A DNA stretch of 64,000 bases from Zancudomyces culisetae HAW-14-8 (lineage: Eukaryota; Fungi; Kickxellomycota). Shown piece by piece: positions 54,738-64,000 of this stretch. The position numbers and the translations under genes were made by a program. Each line of letters opens with the position of its first letter. The stretch's first letter is position 1. The stretch is taken from assembly GCA_052426225.1 (NCBI GenBank), contig JBNJNM010000021.1, positions 558,001 to 622,000 on the forward strand. Direction: 5' to 3'. The notes under the pieces were generated by a model, which worked only from the letters and a program-made list of their open reading frames with translations, had not been told where the DNA came from and made no database searches.

Positions 54738-56047
54738 ATGGAAACTAATCCAAGAGGGATACCCAAGGCACCGTTTATTGTAAGCACATTGCTTTTTTTA
54801 TTTTGCTCATTGGAAAAAAGTATACCGCACTCTTTGTTTTTTTTTTAAAAAAAATAATACTATTGCGACTAGTACGTATGTTTGTAAAATTAAAGAGAGA
54901 TAACCTCAATCATAATAAATCATAGTCGGATATCGGAAATTACATTGAAAACAATGAATCGGTTGTAGTAACTTTGGGCAAATTCAACGAAGCTATAAAG
55001 TAAGTTTGTTTTTTTTTTTGGAATCGTTGGGTTAATTTATAAAGTTGTTTGGGAAATGGGTGTGTCACCACGGATACAGCCTAATTATTAGTACGTTTAA
55101 AAAATTCTAATGAAACTTTTTGTAGCAAATACAAGTTTATGGAAATGAACACTTTGCAGAGAAAAAAAAGCCTTGAAAGTAAAATTCCCGAGATTGATTC
55201 TTCGCTTAAAATGGTCGAGTTTATGATTGATAGAAAAGTAAGAAGCCAGCCGTTTTTTCCAGTAGTATTCTGATAATATCTCGAGTTTGGTGTTTAAACT
55301 ATTATTATATGTATTTCTATACTCACTTGAAAATGTGTGGTTGTGAATAGGGTACGGAACAGGAGCCTGTTGAAACTTTATACGAAATAAATGACACGTT
55401 ATATACAAAGGCGACTATTAGCCAGACGAATCAGGTTTACTTGTGGTTGGGTGTAAGTGGCATTGAATATACACTATTTAGTCTTGTTCAATTATTGCTC
55501 CTCGTCGTAAATATGGATGCGTATGTGGATAATGTATGTGAATTTGAGCTTTTATCTCATCTGGATTACTACTGTCACTGTCATTCCCACTTATCAGCAT
55601 ACTCGACCCTCATTGAAAAATGAATGCATTTGTTTTATACCATCAACCTTTCAACTTAGCTTCAAGAAGAATATTGTTTTTTTAAACGAAAAAATTCCAT
55701 ATCTCTTACGAAAAAAGATAAACAAGTACTAAACAAATATATAGGCAAATGTGATGCTAGCTTACGAATTGGAGGAGGCAAAAGAGCTTTTGAGTTCAAA
55801 ACTGCAATCTGCAAAGAAAAGCCTGATGTTTGCCGAAGAAGATCTAGAGTTTTTGAGGGATCAGATCACAACCATGGAAGTCAGTAAGTGCTGCAAAAAT
55901 AATTTTCTGAATTTGTAAGAACCTATTTTTAATATCACAGAATTTTCCGAAATGACAAACATGGAATTATTGTGAATAGATACTGCACGTACATATAATT
56001 GGGATGTGAAGCAAAAGAGATTAGAAAAAAACAAGACATCCAACTAA
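54738..56047 (+). CDS. PAC10: Prefoldin subunit 3 (Pac10/VBP1), 6 exons; absent from the ORF track
   Basis: Exons 54738-54779, 54926-54999, 55126-55237, 55351-55452, 55745-55883, 55980-56047: METNPRGIPKAPFI..KYKFME..KIPEI..YEINDTLY..VYLWLGANVML.Y..DLEFLRDQITTMEVNTARTYNWDV. Confidence 0.96.
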
Positions 56048-56653
56048 ATAAACATTTACTACATTAAGGGGTTTTTATGGCACGCAGTGGTAGATTAATT
56101 TGGTGTTTATTTACTATTCCTTGTTTACAAACTTTTTATAACATTTATACTGTGTTTATATTTCTACTATGAATAAAAATAAATATAAAAGTACGAGCAG
56201 AAATACATGGCAGACAAGTAAATCGTGTAGCCGAGAATGAAAGAATGATAACTAGATTCATGTGCTAGATATGTACAGGCAACTCTTAGTCGTACTCATT
56301 AAATAGTTGTGAGTCAAGTGATTAGTAGCAGGTTATAGCGAGAGGTGATGCTAGTTGTACTCTGAATTTGTTATGAAATATGAACATGGTGATAACGACT
56401 TACAAACTGAATAAAGATTCTACTTTTATTTTTGCTGCCGGAATAAAATTACTAATGAGTAAATACGCGTATATATAATACAGCGACCATTATATCATTT
56501 ACACATAGGTGTGGAAACGCAATAAATAAAGTGCAGCTGCTGAAACCTGTAGATAGAAAATATTAAACTGCGCAAAATGTCAGAATGTTGAGTCTATTGC
56601 ACCAATATTTTAGTCAATATTCAATACTGAGCCAGCTTAAAAATTTAAAAAAT

Positions 56654-56726
56654 GGGGACTTAGCTCAGCTGGGAGAGCGTGCGACTGAAGATCGTACGGT
56701 CCCGAGTTCAATCCTCGGAGTCCCCA
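56654..56726 (+). tRNA. tRNA-Phe (GAA), intronless
   Basis: Acceptor stem GGGGACT/AGTCCCC, D arm GCTC/GAGC, anticodon loop CTGAAGA, T loop TTCAATC, discriminator A, downstream T-run (Pol III terminator). Confidence 0.97.
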
Positions 56727-58404
56727 CTACTTTTTTGTTTTTTAAATTTGTTTTATGTTGCAGATGTATATGAGTTATCTGATATATTTTTTCAGCAAAA
56801 ATGATGGCTGAGTTTGGTATAGCACTGATTGTGTCAGTTATACTCAGGTCTCGGATCACTAAACTAGTTCTGATTGCCATTTATTGAATGTATTAACTTT
56901 ATTTATTATTGATATTATAACATCAAACACAAATTAAATATACTAAGTATTGTAGAAATCACCATGTTGTTTTAAAATACGTACATGTAAAGTATATTCC
57001 GTTAAGAAAGGCTATAGATGTCTCTTTTCGTTGTCAGTTCTCATTATATTTGCTTTGATATTCACTTTATTAACCAAGTTTGTTTTTTCTATTGATCTAT
57101 CTTGCTCTCATTGGTAAATATGTTCTACTTATGAATCGTAATTGATTCGCTAGCAAAGAGTATGCAGCCGTTATACTACAACATATATAATTTCAGGAAA
57201 TCTGACAAGTAACGCGAACAATAGTCAAATTATATTTTCTGATTGAGCTTTTTGATGTGATGGAAAATAAATACTTTTTTTTTACCCTTACAATAACTGG
57301 TGAATGAATAAATAAATAAATAATGGCATCTAATAAGCACGAATGAAATATTTTAATTGATAAAACAACTTTTCCAAGCCTTGCACTTTGTTTAAATCGT
57401 TTCGTACGTGTTTATTGGTTTAGCAAGAGATAATTTAAATATCAACTAGATGATATTTCATTGTGAAATTTTGCCGTTTTTATTAATGAAACATTTAAAA
57501 ATAGTAATAAAAAAAAAAGTAGGAAAAAGCTTGATTTATTTTGAAATATTTTATAATAATTACTACTTTGTATTATACAACTTGATTCTAAAAGTGCTTA
57601 TTTTTTTTTTCTGTTGTATATTATACGGATTCGGAAACTCTAAATTAAATAAATAGACCCGAGAAGTGACGAAAAAAAACTTATTCTAATTGTACATGTA
57701 TTTGGTATTCTGTTGGGGGGAGTTGTAAATAAGGTACTTTTCATTTTTACAATATACTATCAGTTTATAATTTTATAAATGATTGATTGTATTGATTAAA
57801 TAAAATTTGAAAAAAATACCTACGGCAATATATATATATTTCTTATCAAAGTATAATCTCAACCAAATATACACGCGATTTTTTATTTTTCAATTATTCA
57901 AATCAGTTAATGGAAACGATACAATCAGAATGATGAAATATACTAAAAAATTACGAATGATAAATTAGATTAATTGAAAACGAAATCTAACTCTGAGAAT
58001 TAGAGGTGAGCATTTAGAAAGTGACGACAAACGGAGCCCTTAGCGGTGGATATATGGAATAAAAGTGACGACACATACATCTTCTTTCTGGTAATCCGAA
58101 CTGCCATCATCCTCAATTAATCGTATATATATAGATTCACACAAGAAATACTATAGAGAAGGATATTAGGCAAAAAAAAAGGAATAAAAAATAGGTTTTG
58201 TTGAAGGAAGGAAATTTAATAAAATTGACAATTCTCACTTCACACCTTTGCCTTAGAATAAAGAAAAGTGTACATATCAAAAAGAAACGAGGAGGAAGGG
58301 GCGAAGAAAGATAGTAGAAAAATAGAAACCGAGCAAAAAGCAAAAAGCAAGGAGTAAAGTAAAAGGTAATGAAACCAAGGGAAACACAAAGTGCAGGATA
58401 TGAT

Positions 58405-61400
58405 ATGGATCAACAACAGCAACAGCAACAGCAACAACAGGAGATGTTCCGACAGGCACTAGAGATGGCGCAATTAGCGGGAATGCAATATGGACAACCG
58501 GTGCAGAAAAGTGGTAACGAGAACATTAGTGGAATGGGAGGTGGAGGAATTTCGATGCAACGAGGTAATACGGGACAAATACAAGGGGTTCAAGGGATGG
58601 CTGTCGGGGCGGGGGGTGTGTTGGGACAAGAAGAAAGGTATTTATTGGGAGGACCAAATCAGTCTCAAATAATGAATTATGGTACAGAAGATATGGGTTC
58701 AACCATGAGTCCGCATTTACTACAACTCCAACAACAACAACAACATCAGCAGCAGCAACAGCAGCAGCAGCAACAGGGAATGACTATGGAGCAATTCAAT
58801 CAGATGCATCAGGTACAGCAGCAAATGATATTTGCACAAATGCAACAGAAACAGGAACAGGCAAACACAGCCACTTCGCAGCATATAGATCCTCAACAAT
58901 TATTGATGATGAACGAAAGGGCACTAGGAGCAAGGGCTGTAGGTTTTGGACAATCACACCAACAATATCAACAACACCAACAGCAGCAACAACAGCAGCA
59001 GCAAAATATAAATCCACAGATCGCTTCTGGAAAAGGAAATGAGAAGGGATGGCAGTCACCTGCTTCTGATCAATTTTCAGAACTTTTAGCGCGGCAGCAA
59101 TTACTTAGCGGAAATGCAGCAATCCAGAGTTATTTACAAAAAGCAAATGTTATCGCCCAACAGCAGCAGCAACAACAACAACAGCAGCAGCATCAGCATC
59201 AGCAACGGCAGCAGCATTTACAGCATTTACAGCAGCAACACAATTTAAGTAGTAGTGGTGCGGTGGCAAATTCTGTGATGAAGAGCATGTCACCAAATCC
59301 ATTATCAGCTTCAACACCATTTTCTCGATCAATGACACCCAGCTTACATGGTTTTGGAGGTGGAGGTGGTGGTGGTGGTGGGAGCGCAAGTGCCGGGTAT
59401 TTAACGCCTACACTTGAAGCGAGTGGTGGAATGAGTGGTGGAATGCGAGCGCCAGAACGCTCACCTTCTGTGGCGTCGTTTTCGAGCCAGGGGAATGTAT
59501 ATCAAACAGCTAGTAGCAATAAAGGGGTTAAGAGAACTTTGAGTAACGCTACAGCAGGTATGAACGAGTATGTAGATAGTACACAGTCATTAAAAGTTCA
59601 AGAGGGTAGTGGAGAAATCATGGTAAATAGGAGTAATACTGGTGCTAGCAATGGTAGTGCTAATACCGATGCTAATAACAACAATAACAATAATAATGCG
59701 CTGTTTCAGCAACGAATGTTAGAAATTATGCAACTGAATAATCAGATTCAAAGACATGCTACGAATACACCACCCTTATCACAGCAACAACAAAACCAAC
59801 AACTTCAACATTTACAGCAACAATTACATCAACAGTTGCAATTTCAGCAGCAATTACAACAGCAACAACTACAACAGTCTCAGAGACAGCAGTCAACCGA
59901 TATTTATCCCAGCAACTATTTGAATATTCAGCCAAGCATTTCTTCTACTCCCACAGTACAATCACAACCTGGGTTGCCAAGTGTAACGACAGCAACAAAC
60001 CCACCAACCTCATTAGATACAACAGCAGATGCAGTTGACGTAGAAACGATGTCCCCCGTGACAACTACAGGTGAGGAAACTTACGCGCCAGTTAATAAAA
60101 AGGCAAAAGGACGGCGTAAAAGCTCAGCACCAAAGCTAAAACAACCTACCAGTGCCAATGACGCTGAATCGCAAGATGGCAATTACATCAATATTGCACC
60201 CACCAACTCGTTACAGCCTACTGGATCCCGGCAGACCCAAGAAGAAAACAGCGCAAATACAAGTACACCAAAACAAGAAAGCTCAACATCGGAAAAGTCC
60301 GAACATAACAAATCAATGCTTCAGTTTGATATTCAAAATATAATGCAGTTGACTCCAGTTCAGTTTAACCATGTGGTGCTAACATTGGTTCAGCGAATTG
60401 CAATGCACAATTCCAGTAACAGTGGGGTGGATATCTCACGTGACCTACCGTCTATTCAGTTGCCAAGTTTGGAGGCGTATGGACTGGATTACAAGACTGT
60501 GTTTTTGTATGTGATGAAAAATGGCGGGTTAGAAAAGTTGGAGAGTATGGATACAATAATTACGACAAACCCAAATCCAAACCCGAGTCTGAATTCTAAT
60601 GAGAACCAAAAACGTCGACAACAACAGGATAGATGGATGGGCGTGTGTGTAGGACTCTCTACTTTGGCTAATATGAATTCGGGAGGTAGTGCTGGTCCAA
60701 CTCATACCAACCGATATCCACAAATCATGCCTAGTGTGCTATCTGGGATATACACAAAGTTTTTATCTCCACTAGAGAGCCTAGTCAAAGCAGCTTCGTA
60801 TAATCGTTCTAGACAGTCAGCATTATCTTCAACTGAACCATTACCAACCAAGCAGGGCTATTCTGCTAATCAAACAGCCAAGGCAAACGATGGCTCGAAA
60901 AGGATTGAGAATGCTGCTGAAGATTCACAAGCAAGCCCAACTGTGGTACAACCCATTAAAAAGGAAAAGGGTAAATCATCAAAAAGTAGTGGAAAGAAAA
61001 AAATTAGAGGAAAATATGGAGGGGTGATTGGGCCTGATGGAGAGGAAATCCTGACTCCTTATTTGTTAAAAAAGAAGAAAATGATGTTGAAAAAGGAGGA
61101 GGAAGAACAGCAGCTACAACAACAACAGCAGTTACAATTACAGCAGCAGTTGCAACAACAACAGCTTCAGCAGCAACAACTTCAACAGCAACAGCACCAA
61201 CAACTTCAACAACAGCAACAACAACTTCAACAGCAGCAAACCCAACAACAACAAGCTCAACAACAACAGCAAATTCAACAACAACAAGCTCAACAACAAG
61301 CACAGCTTCAGCAATTACAGCTTCAACAACAACAACAACAGCAGCAGCAGCAGCAGCAGCAGTTGCGTGTAAAAAATGAACAATTGAAAATACAAGAGGA

Positions 61401-64000
61401 ACAGGAAAAAATTAGACAGCTAAAGTTGCAAAAGCAAGCAGCTCTGGATGTAACTAAACTTAAAGTACAAAATTACATTCCACTAGAACGACGGGTAGAT
61501 TCATATGGCGGATTAGATCCGCGAGTGATTACTGATTTGTATTATCCACATCAACAACATATGTTTAGCCAACCACTTTCTCTTCAGTTATTTGATGCCA
61601 AAAACCCCACAAACATACATGCAATCACAATGGCTTTGCAAAGTGGGCTATTACTAGAAACTACTCACGCTTTAAACACATTATTACTGACCTCGGCAAT
61701 ACCAACTTTTAATGCTACTGGTGCCAGTTCCAACACTAATGCTATCACTAATGCTAATGTTAATGTTAATGCTAGTGCTAATGTTGCTCCTACAATTCTT
61801 CCATCTTTTTCATTTTTACAAAATTCGGCCGCTAATAACTATGGTCCTTCTAGTGGTGTGGATTTGTCTACCAATGAATTATTATTAGATGTCTTGGTTG
61901 ATGATTTTCTGGACAAAATTGAATTTCCCTATCAAATATTAGATTCGTCAAATTTCGAATTGAGTAATAAGCTGAATTATTCTAATCTGTGTAAGTTGGC
62001 AGTTGAAGAATGTCAAAACAACCACTGTATTCCTGAATCTCAAGAAACTAGTAATCTCATACAAACCAACCATTCTGTTACAAACACAGATACTAATACT
62101 AATACCAATGCAAACGTCGATCCAATGTATTTTACCAATGAGACTCCCTTGACTACTTTATCCATCTTTGCCAATTTGTCAATTAATAACCAATCGACGT
62201 TATTAGCACCATTATCATTACCAAAATCTTTACAGCCATTGGCAGATACTCTGATCCAAGATAAAAATAAGAGTAGGATCAATAATAATTCGACTATTAA
62301 CGCCAATTGTAATAGTAATTCCGAAAATAGTAATGCAAAATCTAGTATAAATACAAGTAACAAGGAGCAAAAGAATATTGAAAGTTACCAGGGTCAAGAT
62401 CTTTCTTCATTCATGTACACACTGATAAAGACAATAAGGCTATTGAACTACAATATTTCAAAGTTTTTGGAAGCTTCATCCACGAATTCGTGTAATCACG
62501 ATGCCATTAGCAGCACTTTACATCCCGATGGCAAAAATACATTGTTTTGGATACATACTTTGGAAATGTACAAGTCAATTCTTACAATTCTGCACAACCT
62601 GTCTGACCAAATTGTACTATTCCCCAACAACACAAACAACGCCAGTCTTGGTAGTACTAGTAAAGCAGAAGGGCCATCTCTATCTGACGATTCCTATAGT
62701 GTGGTTGCGGCGACTTTGGTTGAGTTTTTGATGGTGTTTATTTCGATGGATGATGATTGCTCCAACCACAATGATTATTGCGGTATACTTGAAGATTCCA
62801 AGTATTACTCCAACTATTATATTTCGTTGGCCTATGAAACGTTGGGTAAATTACTTGTAGCAAACAACAACAACAATAATAATAATAACAACAATACTAA
62901 TACTGGTACTGGTACTGGTACTAATACTAATATCAGTGCTAACACTAATGCTAGTGGTGGTTTGGATTGTAATGTCAGTAATAATATATTTGTAATTCTT
63001 ATGAATACCAAACCGACAGTTTTGCGTAGAATTATCGAACCATGTATTAAAATACTAACAAATCTGCACTTCAGCCAAGTTTTTACCAGCGTCTTGTATA
63101 AAAATAATTCTACAGAGAAAGGCGGTGCGACGACTGCTAGTAATTATGGACAAGATATGCCAATAGGATCAAAAATGATGTGGCTGAGTAAATCGCTTGT
63201 GGTTTTATCGAATCTGGTTTTGTTTCCTATACATAACTATTGTCCCAAATCTCTAGTATCGATTATCAACACAGAATCGAAATCAAAATCGAAATCAAAA
63301 TCAAAATCAAAGTTCAATTTGAACAACAAGGATAAGAATAAGAATGCCATTGTGTTGATTAAAAACAGCTCCAATTATTTTGATAATCTCAATAAACCAA
63401 TCCCAGATTTGATGACTATGCCAACACCTTCTTCCGTGATTAGGTGCGCTAGTGTAATTGGTGGTGGTAATGATAGCAATGATGACAATAACATAAAGAA
63501 CTTTGGTACTGGATTTAATGCCAATTTTGGTTTTGGGTTGGGATTGGGATTAGGATTGGATGGCATTCCCATGCCATTCCTGAACATCTTGAAATCTAAT
63601 CCACCATCATATTCACATAATACCAACACTGCGAAGAATATCCAACTCGTCCACACTCTTCAAAACTATTGTGATATTATTGAATCGATTCAGCAAAGCA
63701 AGTTGGTTCAGAAATCGCTAATCAATATCCTGGTTTATACTTTGCAGCAGATCATTGAGTACTATGGTCTAAAGTCGCTAGTGGATAACCTTAATAACTC
63801 TGCGTCGTCCAGTGAACAAATCAGCGTAGTTAATTTTAAACAACTGTACTACAAAAAGACGTCGACAACTCTACAGCCATCATCACAATCTCTACTTGTT
63901 CCAATAACCAACACTGTTCAGTACAAGCTCAATATTAAGGGTACTTTTACTGGAGCCTTTGCAGCGACCAATGCCAGTGTTACCAATACCAACAATGCGG
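58405..64000 (+). CDS. SWI1: SWI/SNF ARID subunit Swi1/Sol1/ARID1-like, Q/N-rich; 3' end beyond the window
   Basis: Frame is open from ATG 58405 to the window end, hence missing from the ORF track. Poly-Q tracts; ARID-like LDYKTVFLYVMKNGG..W..V..IYTKFLSPLE; NYIPLERRVDSYGG; IHAITMALQSGLLLETTHALNTL, typical of Swi1/ARID1. Confidence 0.8.
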   Translation, partial: MDQQQQQQQQQQEMFRQALEMAQLAGMQYGQPVQKSGNENISGMGGGGISMQRGNTGQIQGVQGMAVGAGGVLGQEERYLLGGPNQSQIMNYGTEDMGSTMSPHLLQLQQQQQHQQQQQQQQQQGMTMEQFNQMHQVQQQMIFAQMQQKQEQANTATSQHIDPQQLLMMNERALGARAVGFGQSHQQYQQHQQQQQQQQQNINPQIASGKGNEKGWQSPASDQFSELLARQQLLSGNAAIQSYLQKANVIAQQQQQQQQQQQHQHQQRQQHLQHLQQQHNLSSSGAVANSVMKSMSPNPLSASTPFSRSMTPSLHGFGGGGGGGGGSASAGYLTPTLEASGGMSGGMRAPERSPSVASFSSQGNVYQTASSNKGVKRTLSNATAGMNEYVDSTQSLKVQEGSGEIMVNRSNTGASNGSANTDANNNNNNNNALFQQRMLEIMQLNNQIQRHATNTPPLSQQQQNQQLQHLQQQLHQQLQFQQQLQQQQLQQSQRQQSTDIYPSNYLNIQPSISSTPTVQSQPGLPSVTTATNPPTSLDTTADAVDVETMSPVTTTGEETYAPVNKKAKGRRKSSAPKLKQPTSANDAESQDGNYINIAPTNSLQPTGSRQTQEENSANTSTPKQESSTSEKSEHNKSMLQFDIQNIMQLTPVQFNHVVLTLVQRIAMHNSSNSGVDISRDLPSIQLPSLEAYGLDYKTVFLYVMKNGGLEKLESMDTIITTNPNPNPSLNSNENQKRRQQQDRWMGVCVGLSTLANMNSGGSAGPTHTNRYPQIMPSVLSGIYTKFLSPLESLVKAASYNRSRQSALSSTEPLPTKQGYSANQTAKANDGSKRIENAAEDSQASPTVVQPIKKEKGKSSKSSGKKKIRGKYGGVIGPDGEEILTPYLLKKKKMMLKKEEEEQQLQQQQQLQLQQQLQQQQLQQQQLQQQQHQQLQQQQQQLQQQQTQQQQAQQQQQIQQQQAQQQAQLQQLQLQQQQQQQQQQQQQLRVKNEQLKIQEEQEKIRQLKLQKQAALDVTKLKVQNYIPLERRVDSYGGLDPRVITDLYYPHQQHMFSQPLSLQLFDAKNPTNIHAITMALQSGLLLETTHALNTLLLTSAIPTFNATGASSNTNAITNANVNVNASANVAPTILPSFSFLQNSAANNYGPSSGVDLSTNELLLDVLVDDFLDKIEFPYQILDSSNFELSNKLNYSNLCKLAVEECQNNHCIPESQETSNLIQTNHSVTNTDTNTNTNANVDPMYFTNETPLTTLSIFANLSINNQSTLLAPLSLPKSLQPLADTLIQDKNKSRINNNSTINANCNSNSENSNAKSSINTSNKEQKNIESYQGQDLSSFMYTLIKTIRLLNYNISKFLEASSTNSCNHDAISSTLHPDGKNTLFWIHTLEMYKSILTILHNLSDQIVLFPNNTNNASLGSTSKAEGPSLSDDSYSVVAATLVEFLMVFISMDDDCSNHNDYCGILEDSKYYSNYYISLAYETLGKLLVANNNNNNNNNNNTNTGTGTGTNTNISANTNASGGLDCNVSNNIFVILMNTKPTVLRRIIEPCIKILTNLHFSQVFTSVLYKNNSTEKGGATTASNYGQDMPIGSKMMWLSKSLVVLSNLVLFPIHNYCPKSLVSIINTESKSKSKSKSKSKFNLNNKDKNKNAIVLIKNSSNYFDNLNKPIPDLMTMPTPSSVIRCASVIGGGNDSNDDNNIKNFGTGFNANFGFGLGLGLGLDGIPMPFLNILKSNPPSYSHNTNTAKNIQLVHTLQNYCDIIESIQQSKLVQKSLINILVYTLQQIIEYYGLKSLVDNLNNSASSSEQISVVNFKQLYYKKTSTTLQPSSQSLLVPITNTVQYKLNIKGTFTGAFAATNASVTNTNNA

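Overview
Gene-dense, AT-rich eukaryotic chromosomal DNA with short GT-AG introns. Protein style and gene set point to an early-diverging fungus; a Kickxellomycotina/Harpellales origin is my inference, not proven. I can support 20 protein-coding genes: YAF9, SEC26 (beta-COP), IDI1, a CCC2-type Cu(I) ATPase, DBP6, EGT2, a TM-RING-H2 ligase, an ABCC transporter, a MAPEG/MGST3-like protein, TIM44, MRP2 (uS14m), a PPR-like mitochondrial orphan, MLH1, CLF1, PRP45, an INSIG homolog, a DIS3L-type RNase, MED6, prefoldin 3 and a SWI1/ARID gene that runs off the right end. There is also one tRNA-Phe(GAA) and a box C/D snoRNA matching snR69. No transposon or CRISPR array is visible. The most notable observations are: (1) an apparently non-coding, spliced, highly structured minus-strand locus at about 5.1-6.1 kb hosting the snR69-like RNA, with exons that base-pair across the intron; (2) a steep purine-to-pyrimidine gradient at synonymous sites from the 5' to the 3' part of genes; (3) all 18 coding introns end in TAG (15 in ATAG), mostly with A-rich rather than pyrimidine-rich tracts; (4) an animal-like DIS3L1 exosome nuclease; (5) a head-to-head ABCC/MAPEG pair within a thiol/metal-detox neighbourhood. 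All exon models were read by hand.
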